DNA of 64,000 bases. Origin: Christensenellaceae bacterium. GTDB lineage: Bacteria > Bacillota > Clostridia > Christensenellales > CAG-138. Of this stretch, positions 11,579-20,216 are shown one piece after another. How positions within the stretch are numbered: the stretch's first letter is position 1; every line of letters starts with the position of its first letter. A program made the position numbers and the translations under genes. The stretch covers positions 66,604-130,603 of the forward strand of contig JAISKB010000005.1 in assembly GCA_031261085.1 (NCBI GenBank), written 5' to 3'. Under the pieces are notes generated by a model. It did no database searches. It was not told the origin of the DNA and worked only from the letters and a program-made list of their open reading frames with translations.

Positions 11579-12340
11579 TCACAGGCCGCGCAGGCATGCC
11601 GTTTCACAAAGAGATAATCTATATTGTACATCATCCGTACTTTGCTGTAAACGAGTAATCCACGGTTGCAAAACAACGCGCTCGGTTTCGTAGTGCCCGG
11701 CTTCGATTATGCCAAGGCCCAGCACACCGGCGGCAAGCGCCAGGTGATGCTTGATCTCCCCGGTCACAAACGCATCCGCGCCGGCGGCATGCGCGGCGTA
11801 AATATCCTCGCCGCCCGCGCCGCCCAGCACGCTCACCCGCGTTACCGGCTTATCGAACGCGCCGCCCACCCGCACCGTGGTATGCAGCGCGCTTTGCACC
11901 TTGGCCGCAAACGCGCCCAGCGTAGTGGGCGCTATGCTGCCAATGCGGCCCAGGTTTTCGGGCGGCAAAAGCGCCGTGTCATACAGCCCCAGCGCACCGG
12001 CCAGGCAATCGTTTACACCGCCCTGCGCGGCATCCATATTGGTATGCGCGGCATACAGCGCAATGCCGTGCCGCAGCAGCAGGTAAGGCGCCGCAGTGGC
12101 CGGGTCCTCCGGCAAAATATGCTTTACGCCCTCAAAGAAAACCGGGTGGTGCACCAGCATCAGGTCGGCCTCCCAATCGATAGCCTCCCTCGCGGTGGCT
12201 ACGCTGCAGTCGAGCGCGACCAGCACCTTGCGGATATCCCGCTTTTGCGTGCCCAGCAGCAGGCCGGGGTTGTCGAACGAAAGCGCCAGGCCGGGCGGGG
12301 CGATGGCCTCCTGCAGCGCGACGAAATCAGATACTTTCAT
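11579..12340 (-). CDS. Nif3-like dinuclear metal centre protein (YqfO family)
   Basis: Motifs LMLVHHPVFF, AAHTNMDA and GHYETE fit the Nif3 family. Size is 253 aa. Confidence 0.9.
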   Translation of the reverse strand: MKVSDFVALQEAIAPPGLALSFDNPGLLLGTQKRDIRKVLVALDCSVATAREAIDWEADLMLVHHPVFFEGVKHILPEDPATAAPYLLLRHGIALYAAHTNMDAAQGGVNDCLAGALGLYDTALLPPENLGRIGSIAPTTLGAFAAKVQSALHTTVRVGGAFDKPVTRVSVLGGAGGEDIYAAHAAGADAFVTGEIKHHLALAAGVLGLGIIEAGHYETERVVLQPWITRLQQSTDDVQYRLSLCETACLRGL

Positions 12341-13040
12341 GGGGTTCCTCCAGCAAGTCTAAAATATGCAGCATGGCCGTTTGCTCCCGCACCAGCACAT
12401 CGGGCGCGCGGCCCCGCGCCTGGGCGGCGGCCAGCCGCTTGGCGTGCCCCGCGATGTATTTTCGCAGCATAGGCGCAAGGTTTGGCTCCCGCTTTTCGTA
12501 TGCTATGGGGCCTATGGTGTAATACCCCTGCGGCCAGCCCGGCGGCAGAGCGCGCGCTATGCCCGCGCGGGCGCAAAGCAATTGATAATACCGTCCGCCA
12601 TCGAACACGACGGCTTCGTCGAATACCGCGTATCCGTGCGTATAAAGATAGTGTCGCAGCGCGCCCGCGTTGCCCTGCGGCTGCATCACGATGCGCCGCG
12701 CCGCCTTGGCTATCGGCTCCGCGTGGGAGAGCATATCCAATATCATCAACCCGCCCATGCCGCATATGGCTATGCTGTCGGTATCGCCCGGGTTTAGCGC
12801 GCCAAGGCCGGGGGCCACATAAAAGGTGATGCGCCCGGAAGCCCCGCAAAGCGCCGCCAAGGCCCTGCCCTTTTCTACCGATGCGGCGCTGATGTCGCTG
12901 GCTATTATGCGCTGCGCAATGCCCTGCTGCAACAGGGCGATGGAGAGCCGCGCATGGTCGCAGCCGATATCCGCCGCGGTGTGGCTGCCGCAAAGCATGT
13001 CGGCGGCGCGCGCCAGCCGCGGGCGCAAATGAATATGCAT
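12327..13040 (-). CDS. trmK: tRNA (adenine22-N1)-methyltransferase TrmK
   Basis: The SAM-binding block ADIGCDHARLSIALLQ is present. The ATG at 13040 follows AAGGAG. It overlaps the nif3 start by 14 nt. The longer ORF to 13274 lacks support. Confidence 0.85.
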   Translation of the reverse strand: MHIHLRPRLARAADMLCGSHTAADIGCDHARLSIALLQQGIAQRIIASDISAASVEKGRALAALCGASGRITFYVAPGLGALNPGDTDSIAICGMGGLMILDMLSHAEPIAKAARRIVMQPQGNAGALRHYLYTHGYAVFDEAVVFDGGRYYQLLCARAGIARALPPGWPQGYYTIGPIAYEKREPNLAPMLRKYIAGHAKRLAAAQARGRAPDVLVREQTAMLHILDLLEEPHESI

Positions 13041-13067
13041 GGGCGCTCCTTGGAATTTCTTATTTTT

Positions 13068-13096
13068 ATTGTAACGTATCGCCGTACATTTTGCAA
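13068..13096 (-). promoter_or_regulatory. Candidate sigma-A promoter of the trmK-nif3-COG1579(-rnpB) unit
   Basis: The minus strand reads TTGCAA, 17 nt, TACAAT, about 25 nt upstream of the trmK start. Confidence 0.5.
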
Positions 13097-13294
13097 AGGA
13101 GGGTGGGCGCGTTTTTGAATCTTTGGGGCGGCGCCCCGCTTTTATGCGTAAAAAAATCTTATTGCGGGGTTGGGCTCTTCCCAAAATTGTTAAGGGGTGA
13201 AGCCCCTGAATTTCTAAAAGAAGCTCCCTCCCTGTTCTGTACAGGCCCCCCGGCGAATATGTATATAGCATCACAGCCGATAGGGGGCAACAGC

Positions 13295-14239
13295 ATGGAA
13301 TTTTCTAGGCGCAGGAAGCGGGGCGCAGGGCAGCGCGGGCGCACCTCCTCCAGCACGGGGCGCGGCCGCCAAAGCGCGGCGGCCGGCCAGGGCGGGGGCG
13401 CGGGCCGCGCGGTAGTGGCGCTGCTGATGGTGGGCGCAATCGTATATTTGGTATCCGCCAGCGCGGTGGGCACCTGGCTTGCGGAGCATGTGATGGCCCC
13501 GGCCTTCGATGCGTTGGCCGCATACACCGGCAAGCAGCCCGGCAGCGAGGCATCCCCGCCCGAAGAGGCGCGGCAGGTCAGCCTCAGCACCGATAAAAGC
13601 TCGGTGAGCGCCAATATCAGTCTGCCCGCCATAGCCTGCTACACCCTGCAGATGGGCGTATACTCCTCGGCGGATAACGCCGGCAAACAGGCTAAGGACT
13701 TACAGGCGCAGGGCGCGGGCGGCTATATTTTGGAGGACGGCGGACGCTACCGTGTGCTGGCGGCGGGCTATGCCGATGAAGCCTCCGCCAAGGATGTGAA
13801 AAGCCGGTTGGTAAGCGAGGGTATAGATTGTACCGTATACCAGCTTAGCGCGCCCGGCGCGACATTTCGCGTGAGCGCGGAGCAGGAGCAATTGCGCGAT
13901 GTGGAGCGCGGGTTTGGGGCGCTGTATGCCGCGCAATCCGCGCTGATGCAGGCCGCCCTCGCCTTTGACCGGGATGCGCAGACCGTGGCGCAGGGGCAGC
14001 AGGCCGCCGCCGACATCCTTGCGCAGCTGCGGGGCGATATAGAGGTTCTTGCCCCCTATACCGATGCCAGCGCGGCCATCACCTCCATCGCCCAATGCGG
14101 CGATACGTTTATCGATGCGCTCACAAAGCTCACCGGCAGCGCCGCGGCGGATACCGCCGCCTTTGCCGCCGAACTCAAGCATACGCAGCTTTCCCTTACC
14201 CACGCGTATGCGCAAACGGTCGCGGGTTTGGTGGGGTAA
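13295..14239 (+). CDS. SPOR-domain membrane protein
   Basis: It has an Arg/Gly-rich N-terminus and one TM segment (VVALLMVGAIVYLV). A central SPOR-like block reads YTLQMGVYSSADNAGKQAKDLQAQGAGGYILEDGGRYRVLAAGY. The ATG at 13295 follows AGGGGG. Confidence 0.65.
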   Translation: MEFSRRRKRGAGQRGRTSSSTGRGRQSAAAGQGGGAGRAVVALLMVGAIVYLVSASAVGTWLAEHVMAPAFDALAAYTGKQPGSEASPPEEARQVSLSTDKSSVSANISLPAIACYTLQMGVYSSADNAGKQAKDLQAQGAGGYILEDGGRYRVLAAGYADEASAKDVKSRLVSEGIDCTVYQLSAPGATFRVSAEQEQLRDVERGFGALYAAQSALMQAALAFDRDAQTVAQGQQAAADILAQLRGDIEVLAPYTDASAAITSIAQCGDTFIDALTKLTGSAAADTAAFAAELKHTQLSLTHAYAQTVAGLVG

Positions 14240-14274
14240 AGCTCCCCCTATGCTTTGGATATAGCAGGGTGAAC

Positions 14275-14312
14275 AGGCCGGGCGCGCAATGGGCTGCCCG
14301 GCTTGCTTTCTT
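14275..14312 (+). terminator. Terminator after the SPOR-domain gene
   Basis: A GCCGGGC / GCCCGGC stem is followed by TTGCTTTCTT. Confidence 0.45.
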
Positions 14313-14344
14313 AAGCCTTGGCCCTCCCGACCCCAAGTCTTTTG

Positions 14345-14373
14345 TTGTGAATACCCATACATTGCGATATAAT
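14345..14373 (+). promoter_or_regulatory. Candidate promoter of the ttcA-like gene
   Basis: TTGTGA, 17 nt, then TATAAT, 15 nt upstream of the GTG start at 14388. Confidence 0.4.
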
Positions 14374-14387
14374 ATAGCAAAACTTGA

Positions 14388-15200
14388 GTGAAAAGGATTG
14401 CAAAGGCCTTGAAGCGTGTGCTCGGTTGCATTCGCCGCGCGGATACGCGGTACCATATGCTGCGCCCCGGCGATAAAATCTGCGTGGGCGTATCCGGCGG
14501 CAAGGATAGCCTGCTGCTGTTATATGGGCTCAAGCTGTATCAGCTGTTTTCCAGGGTGCCCTACGAGGTGCGGGGCGTCATGCTGGATATGGGCATATCG
14601 GGGCAGGATTTTTCGCCCGTGCTGCGCTGGGCCGACTCCATTGGCGTGCCGCTCGAAATCATCCCCACCGACATCGGCGAAATCGTGTTCAACATCCGCA
14701 AAGAAAGCCACCCTTGCGCCCTGTGCGCCAAGATGCGCCGCGGCGCGCTGAGCAACGCCGCAAAGCAGCGGGGCTGCAACCTGATAGCCTTGGGGCATAA
14801 CCGCGATGATGTGCTGGAGACCTTCTTTTTAAGCTTGCTGTACGAGAGCCGGGTAAACACCTTTGGCCCGGTCACATATTTTGACCGGCAGGACGTGACG
14901 GTGATTCGCCCCATGATATTTTTGCCCGAAAAGCAGGCGCTGGCCACCGCCAGGCGGCTGGAATTGCCCATTTGCAAGCCGCATTGCCCCGCGGCGGGCA
15001 GCACCAAGCGCGAGGATATGAAAGAGGTTTTGCGCTATTTCACCCGCTTTGTGCCCAACCCGGAGGAGCGCTTTATAAACGCGATTGCCAACACCGAAAA
15101 ATATGGCCTATGGGATAGGCTCCGTCTCCCGCCGCGCGATATAGCGGATATGGACGAAACGGAAAGGAACGCATATGCATCTTACACTCACCCCAAGTAA
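14388..15200 (+). CDS. ttcA: PP-loop ATPase, tRNA 2-thiocytidine synthase TtcA-like
   Basis: It has the PP-loop SGGKDS, CALCAKMRRG, GHNRDD and a C-terminal CPAAG cysteine. The start codon is GTG. Confidence 0.8.
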   Translation: MKRIAKALKRVLGCIRRADTRYHMLRPGDKICVGVSGGKDSLLLLYGLKLYQLFSRVPYEVRGVMLDMGISGQDFSPVLRWADSIGVPLEIIPTDIGEIVFNIRKESHPCALCAKMRRGALSNAAKQRGCNLIALGHNRDDVLETFFLSLLYESRVNTFGPVTYFDRQDVTVIRPMIFLPEKQALATARRLELPICKPHCPAAGSTKREDMKEVLRYFTRFVPNPEERFINAIANTEKYGLWDRLRLPPRDIADMDETERNAYASYTHPK

Positions 15201-15480
15201 TTGGCTGTGGTACGCACTGGGGATATGGGCGCTGCTCTTCAACCTGGTGGAATTCGCCATGATGGGCATCGACAAATGGCGCGCGCGCAAGGAGGCCTGG
15301 CGCATACCCGAAAAAACGCTGTTTATCACCGCGCTGCTGGGCGGCGGCTTGGGCGGCGTACTGGGCATGAGCGTATTCCGGCACAAAACGCAGCACCGCT
15401 CCTTCCTCATCGGCATGCCGCTGCTGCTGGCGCTCAATATCCTCATAACCGGCCTGATTATCTACCTGCGTTTGCGCTAA
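15175..15480 (+). CDS. DUF1294 small membrane protein
   Basis: The block KWRARKEAWRIPEKTLFITALLGGGLGGVLGMSVFRHKTQH is characteristic of DUF1294. It overlaps the ttcA-like 3' end by 26 nt. Confidence 0.8.
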   Translation: MHLTLTPSNWLWYALGIWALLFNLVEFAMMGIDKWRARKEAWRIPEKTLFITALLGGGLGGVLGMSVFRHKTQHRSFLIGMPLLLALNILITGLIIYLRLR

Positions 15481-15526
15481 ACGCCTGCCCGGCGCAAAAT
15501 CCACTTCCATTTTTTAAAATGGGGGG

Positions 15527-15555
15527 TTGCAAAAACGCGCCATTTGCTGTAGAAT
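15527..15555 (+). promoter_or_regulatory. Candidate promoter of tRNA-Asn
   Basis: TTGCAA, 17 nt, then TAGAAT, ending 14 nt before the tRNA 5' end. Confidence 0.5.
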
Positions 15556-15569
15556 AATTCGCGTACCGT

Positions 15570-15645
15570 TCCTCCTTAGCTCAGTTGGTAGAGCATGCGG
15601 CTGTTAACCGCAGTGTCGTTGGTTCGAGTCCAACAGGGGGAGCCA
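15570..15645 (+). tRNA. tRNA-Asn (anticodon GTT), CCA encoded
   Basis: The cloverleaf can be read by eye: acceptor TCCTCCT/AGGGGGA, D-arm AGCTCAGTTGGTAGAGC, anticodon loop CTGTTAA, T-arm GGTTCGAGTCC, and a 3' GCCA. Confidence 0.95.
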
Positions 15646-15650
15646 CAAAA

Positions 15651-15676
15651 AAGCCCTAATATTAGGGCTTTTTATT
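15651..15676 (+). terminator. Terminator after tRNA-Asn
   Basis: AAGCCCTA-ATAT-TAGGGCTT is followed by TTTTATTATTTTTT. Confidence 0.7.
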
Positions 15677-15802
15677 ATTTTTTGAAGGCTTTTGGGGTGC
15701 GTTTCCGCTGGGCAACATGGTATTGATTGTAAGAAACGGCCGCCCGTGCTATACTTCTTGCAGGGTTAAGCATATCGCGAAAATATGTTGGGAGCTTCAT
15801 TA

Positions 15803-16312
15803 ATGGCAAAAACACTCATACTCCACGATTTACCGCAAAGCGAAGCGGAAGCCCTTTTATCCAACCTTTGGGCAGGCTGCACGGTGTTTTCCGCCAGCCC
15901 GGCGGTGCACCCCTGCATAGGCTGTTTTGGCTGCTGGATAAAAACGCCCGGCAAATGCGTGATTGACGACCGCGGCGCGGGGTTCCTCACGCTTTTGCCC
16001 GCGCAAGACGAGGTCGTGCTGCTGAGCAGGATGGTATTCGGCGGGGTTTCCCCGGATATTAAGGCGGTTTTGGACCGCAGCATCGGGTTTATGCTGCCCT
16101 ATTTTTGCGACCGGCAGGGCGAAATGCATCATGCCCGGCGCTTTGACGCCGCGCCGCGCTTTCGATATGTCTTCTATGGCCCCGATATCACGCCGGAGGA
16201 AAAGGCGACCGCGCAAAAGCTGGCCGCCGCCAACGCGCTGAATTTTGGCGCCGAGCGATGGTCGGTTCAATTTTACCAATCGGCGCAAGCCGGTGCGGAG
16301 GCGTTGGCATGA
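15803..16312 (+). CDS. Flavodoxin-like fold / iron-sulfur flavoprotein-like protein
   Basis: It carries the compact cysteine motif CIGCFGCWIKTPGKC (CX2CX2CX7C), as in Isf-type flavoproteins. The ATG at 15803 follows GGGAG. Confidence 0.55.
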   Translation: MAKTLILHDLPQSEAEALLSNLWAGCTVFSASPAVHPCIGCFGCWIKTPGKCVIDDRGAGFLTLLPAQDEVVLLSRMVFGGVSPDIKAVLDRSIGFMLPYFCDRQGEMHHARRFDAAPRFRYVFYGPDITPEEKATAQKLAAANALNFGAERWSVQFYQSAQAGAEALA

Positions 16313-16932
16313 AAATAGCATTTATCAACGGCAGCCCCAAGCCCGCCGAAAGCGCCAGCGAGATTATCATAAACGCCCTGCAGGCCCGGGTTGGGCAGGG
16401 CGCCGATTCCATCACCTGCAACGCGATAAAGCAGAGCCGCGCCGAAATTATGGAATCGCTTGCGGGCAGCCCTGCCTTGGTGCTCGTTTTCCCGCTGTAT
16501 GTGGATGGCATCCCCTCGCATCTATTACGCTTGCTGGATGGCATACAAGCCGACATCGCAGGCGCCGCCGCGCCCGGCGCAAAGCTGTATGCGGTTGTGA
16601 ACAACGGGTTTTATGAGGGGCGACAAAACGGTATCGCGCTGGAGATGCTGCAAAATTTCTGTGCGCGCGCCGGGCTTGCCTGGGCCGGGGGCTTGGGCGT
16701 GGGTAGCGGCGGTATGGTATTTGCCGCGCCTATCGGGCACGGCCCCATGAAAAACCTCGGCAAGGCGCTCGATGCATTGGCCGCGAACATCCGCGGCGGC
16801 ACGGCGGCGGGCACTTGCAGCGTGGAACCCAATTTCCCCAAATTCTTATACACCGCCGCCGTGCATTTGGGGTGGAGGCTGCAGGCAAAACGAAACGGAT
16901 TAAAACCGAGGGATATAAAAACATCGCGCTAG
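16309..16932 (+). CDS. Flavodoxin-family / NAD(P)H-dependent oxidoreductase-like protein
   Basis: The N-terminus MKIAFINGSPK and the block LVLVFPLYVDGIPSHLLRLL fit the family. It forms an ATGA overlap with the preceding gene. Confidence 0.55.
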   Translation: MKIAFINGSPKPAESASEIIINALQARVGQGADSITCNAIKQSRAEIMESLAGSPALVLVFPLYVDGIPSHLLRLLDGIQADIAGAAAPGAKLYAVVNNGFYEGRQNGIALEMLQNFCARAGLAWAGGLGVGSGGMVFAAPIGHGPMKNLGKALDALAANIRGGTAAGTCSVEPNFPKFLYTAAVHLGWRLQAKRNGLKPRDIKTSR

Positions 16933-16952
16933 GGCAGCGGTTTTTCTGGCAA

Positions 16953-18422
16953 TCACATCCGCACCGTTTTTGTCGCGATAGCATCGCAAAACGCGCGGTC
17001 GTGCTCCACAAACAGCAGCGTGGGCCGGTGCTTTAAAACCAGCTCCTCGATTTGCACACGGGAGAGCACGTCGATATAGTTGAGCGGCTCATCCCAAATA
17101 TACAGGTGCGCCTGCTCGCATAGGCTGCGGGCCAGCAGCACCTTTTTCTTTTGCCCGGCGCTATAGTGCTGCATCTCCTTTTCAAACTGCGCGCGGGCAA
17201 AATCCAGCTTGCGCAAAATCGCCAAAAACAGGCTCTCCTCCACCCCGCTCTCGCGCGCATAAGCCTTTAGGCTGCCCCGCAGCAGGGCCGTGTCCTGCGG
17301 CACATACGAAATGCGCAGCCCGCTCGCCATGTGCAGCGCGCCGGTATAGCTTATTGGTTCCCCCAGCAGCAGCTTCAGCACGCTGGATTTCCCACATCCG
17401 TTTCGCCCCAAAAGCGCCACCCGCTCCCCCGTTTTTATTGTGAAGCCGATGTTTTCGCAGGCGATATGTTCCCCATAGCATATGCGCACATCGCTTAGCT
17501 CCGCCAGGCGCGGCGCGTGATGCGCAAGCGGGTGCAGCGCGAGCGCCTCGGCGCTTTCCACATTGTGCAGCAGCTTCGATTTTTCTTCCACGGCGGCCTC
17601 CCGCCGGCGCTGTGTCGATTTTGCGCGCTGCATCATCTTGGCGGATTGGTGCCCGATATACCCGCGGTCCGCCGGATGGGTGCCGGTTTTGCTCTTTTCG
17701 ATTTTATCCGACCAGCCCGCCGTCCGCCTGGAAGCCTCGTTCAGCCGCCCAATATCCCTTTTGAGCCGCTCGGATTCTTCGCGCTCAAAGGCATCCTGCT
17801 GCCGCTTGTTCTCCTGCCACGAGCTGAAGTTGCCGCGCTGTACCTCCATACCCGCCTTGTTGATGGCGAGTATATGGTCGATGCAGGAATCCAAAAACAC
17901 CCGGTCGTGCGATACGAGCAAAAAACCCTGCTTACCGCGCAGGTAACGGCTGGTGATTGCGCGGGCGTGCATGTCGAGATGGTTGGTGGGCTCGTCTATC
18001 AGCAAAAAGCCGCCCTCCCGCAAAAACAGCGCGGCCAGCAACAGCTTGGTGCGCTCCCCCATCGAAAGCGTGGCAAAGGGCCTATCCATCAGCGCCGCCT
18101 CCTCCATCTCTAGCAGCGAAAGCTCGCGGGAGAGCCGCCACGGCTCATAATTGGGTATGATCTCCTCCACCACCGCCTGCGCGGCGCGGCTTGGGTCCGT
18201 CACCTCGAAGGGAAAATAATCGAAGCGCACCGGGGCGGCGATTTCGCCCTGATACTCGTATTTGCCCATCAGCAGCCGGAGCAGGGTGGTTTTCCCCCGC
18301 CCGTTGCGGCCGGTTAGCCCCAGCCGCCAATCGGTATCGAAGCGGAAGCTGACGTTTTCAAAAATGGTATCGTAGCTGCCCTCATAAGCGAAGGTCAGGT
18401 TGCGTACTTGTATCATCGACAT
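16953..18422 (-). CDS. ABC-F ATPase, Lsa-like ribosomal-protection (ARE) type
   Basis: It has two ABC cassettes and no TM segments (GRNGRGKTTLLRLL; GRNGCGKSSVLKLL; LSMGERTK; YSAGQKKK). A charged inter-domain linker is present. The N-terminus closely resembles Lsa-family proteins. The ATG at 18422 lies 10 nt after AGGAG. Confidence 0.88.
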   Translation of the reverse strand: MSMIQVRNLTFAYEGSYDTIFENVSFRFDTDWRLGLTGRNGRGKTTLLRLLMGKYEYQGEIAAPVRFDYFPFEVTDPSRAAQAVVEEIIPNYEPWRLSRELSLLEMEEAALMDRPFATLSMGERTKLLLAALFLREGGFLLIDEPTNHLDMHARAITSRYLRGKQGFLLVSHDRVFLDSCIDHILAINKAGMEVQRGNFSSWQENKRQQDAFEREESERLKRDIGRLNEASRRTAGWSDKIEKSKTGTHPADRGYIGHQSAKMMQRAKSTQRRREAAVEEKSKLLHNVESAEALALHPLAHHAPRLAELSDVRICYGEHIACENIGFTIKTGERVALLGRNGCGKSSVLKLLLGEPISYTGALHMASGLRISYVPQDTALLRGSLKAYARESGVEESLFLAILRKLDFARAQFEKEMQHYSAGQKKKVLLARSLCEQAHLYIWDEPLNYIDVLSRVQIEELVLKHRPTLLFVEHDRAFCDAIATKTVRM

Positions 18423-18444
18423 AAAGCAATATCTCCTAAGGCGC

Positions 18445-18475
18445 AAAAAAGGATGCAAGAAAGGCTCTTGCATCC
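18445..18475 (-). terminator. Leader (attenuator) terminator directly upstream of the ABC-F start
   Basis: The minus strand reads GGATGCAAGA-gcctt-TCTTGCATCC, a perfect 10-bp stem, then TTTTTT. It ends ~8 nt before the ABC-F SD. Confidence 0.65.
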
Positions 18476-18611
18476 CATAAAAATTGCGCCCGCACGCGAC
18501 AAAAGCATTGCCGCATGGGTATATTGGTGGTTTGGGATGGAGGCGCGCACTTCTTGCCGGAGCACCGCAAAGCGAGGCGAACCCACGCCAAAGCCGCATG
18601 CTCCCATGAAC

Positions 18612-18632
18612 CTAGCAAGAAACGATGCGCAT
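18612..18632 (-). promoter_or_regulatory. Candidate 6-codon leader peptide (MRIVSC) of the ABC-F attenuator
   Basis: ATG CGC ATC GTT TCT TGC TAG is preceded by GGGAG with an 8-nt spacer. It lies between the promoter and the leader terminator. Confidence 0.4.
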
Positions 18633-18665
18633 CTTTCCAACTCCCATCCTTAAATGACTGGTGTT

Positions 18666-18694
18666 ATTGTACCCAAAACACAGGCCTTTGTCAA
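18666..18694 (-). promoter_or_regulatory. Candidate sigma-A promoter of the ABC-F leader
   Basis: The minus strand reads TTGACA, 17 nt, TACAAT. The -35 element begins 8 nt after the upstream AKR stop codon. Confidence 0.6.
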
Positions 18695-18701
18695 CTTTGC
18701 G

Positions 18702-19886
18702 CTAGCCGCGCAGCTTCAGGGCCAGCTTCACGAGCGGGCGAACCCACTTGGGCTCCATGCGCCTGCTCACCGCCTGCAGCGACCGCGTGATTGCGATATG
18801 CTGCGGGCACTGTGTTTCGCACTTGCCGCACTGCACACACCGGCGGGCGCCAAAGCTGTTGTTCGGGTCTAGCCCGCCTGTGCTGGTGAGGTATTGCTGC
18901 ATACCCAGCACAAAGCCCCCCGCATAAGACATATTATACGCGGCGAAGCAGCCGGGGATATTTACCTTGTTGGGGCAGGGCATACAGTAGTTGCAGCCGG
19001 TGCAGGGGACCTTATATGCTTCCTTAAACGCATCCACCACCGGCGCGAACACGGCCTTTTCCTGCCCGGTAAGCATGTTGGGAAGCGCGGTATTTGCGAT
19101 ATCGAGGTTTTCATCCAGCTGCGCCTGCGCGCTCATGCCGGATAGCACCACCGTCACCTCGGGTTGATCCCACAGCCAGCGCAGCGCCCACCGCGCGGGA
19201 GAAGCCCCGCCGCCCGCGGCCTTTAGGTGCTGCAGCGCCTTTTTTGGCAGCCCGGCGGCCAGCTTGCCGCCCAGCAGCGGTTCCATAATGATGACCGGCA
19301 GCCCCTTGGCGGCCGCCCTGCGCAGCCCCGCCTGCCCCGCCTGATAGTTCACGTTCATATAATTGTATTGGATTTGGCAAAACTCCCAATCATACATATC
19401 GAGCAGCGCCAAAAACTCCTCCTGCGCCCCGTGGAAGGAGAACCCGATTTGCCGCACCTGCCCGCTGGCCTTCTTTTCCGCAATCCATTTTTCGATGCCC
19501 AGCGCGCAAAGCCTTTGCCAGCCCGCCCGGTCGGCCAGGTTGTGTATCAGGTAGTAATCGATATAATCGGTTTGAAGCCTTGTGAGCTGCACCTGGAACA
19601 ACCGCTCAAAATCCTCATAGCTTTGACATTTTGCATGCGGCAGCTTGGTAGCCAAATAAATATCCTTGCGGAGGTTATGCTTGTGGAATATCGCCCCCAC
19701 AGCCTCTTCGCTGCCGCCATAAAGGTATGCCGTATCAAAGTAGTTGACGCCGTTTTGCACTGCCGAAAGCAGAAGCTTTTCGGCCTTTTCGTAATCGATC
19801 TGCCCACGGCTCCGCGGGAACCGCATGCAGCCATACCCCAGTATGGATACCTGGTTCCCCGACTTCGCATCCGTACGATATTGCAT
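18702..19886 (-). CDS. Aldo/keto reductase with C-terminal 4Fe-4S ferredoxin-type domain
   Basis: It has the AKR N-terminus ILGYGCMRFP and the block FDTAYLYGGSE. The C-terminus carries CTGCNYCMPCP and CVQCGKCETQCP. The ATG at 19886 follows GGGAGGG. Confidence 0.85.
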   Translation of the reverse strand: MQYRTDAKSGNQVSILGYGCMRFPRSRGQIDYEKAEKLLLSAVQNGVNYFDTAYLYGGSEEAVGAIFHKHNLRKDIYLATKLPHAKCQSYEDFERLFQVQLTRLQTDYIDYYLIHNLADRAGWQRLCALGIEKWIAEKKASGQVRQIGFSFHGAQEEFLALLDMYDWEFCQIQYNYMNVNYQAGQAGLRRAAAKGLPVIIMEPLLGGKLAAGLPKKALQHLKAAGGGASPARWALRWLWDQPEVTVVLSGMSAQAQLDENLDIANTALPNMLTGQEKAVFAPVVDAFKEAYKVPCTGCNYCMPCPNKVNIPGCFAAYNMSYAGGFVLGMQQYLTSTGGLDPNNSFGARRCVQCGKCETQCPQHIAITRSLQAVSRRMEPKWVRPLVKLALKLRG

Positions 19887-19913
19887 GGTCATCCCTCCCT
19901 TTTTGTTCTTTAT

Positions 19914-19941
19914 ATTGTAGCACGTATGTATTTTCTTGCAA
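19914..19941 (-). promoter_or_regulatory. Candidate promoter of the AKR gene
   Basis: The minus strand reads TTGCAA, 16 nt, TACAAT, with a TGc extended -10. Confidence 0.45.
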
Positions 19942-20073
19942 GCGTTCGGCATACTGTGGCGGGGATTTTTAGCATATCGCAACGAATGTATTGTAAATAC
20001 TTAGCAACAGTTCGATTTAAAGCGACGTTTTATTATAATATGCATGTTAACTATAATTTTATGTAATTAATAC

Positions 20074-20136
20074 TTTACATCATGTTAATTGAGTATTATT
20101 TTCAAGTTATTGACATATAGTATATATTTGTATAAT
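20074..20136 (+). promoter_or_regulatory. Phased TT-hexamer array (Pho-box-like) overlapping a candidate promoter of the phn-type operon
   Basis: The hexamers TTTACA (20074), TTAATT (20085), TTATTT (20096) and TTATTG (20107) are spaced exactly 11 bp apart. They run into TTGACA (20110..20115). A TG-TATAAT follows at 20129..20136. Confidence 0.4.
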
Positions 20137-20216
20137 ATATCTAATGCGGATGATGCTTGCAGAAGTCATTTTGCAGTGCTTCACCAGCTTAATTCCATAT
20201 TCGGAGGATACAAACG

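Noticed and set aside
13120-13150. A GGGGC-GGC-GCCCC hairpin followed by GCTTTTA in the trmK / SPOR-gene divergent region, considered as a terminator of a small RNA.
   Set aside because: The stem is only 5 bp with a 3-nt loop and a weak T-tract, and no upstream promoter defines a transcript. It lies within a divergent promoter region.
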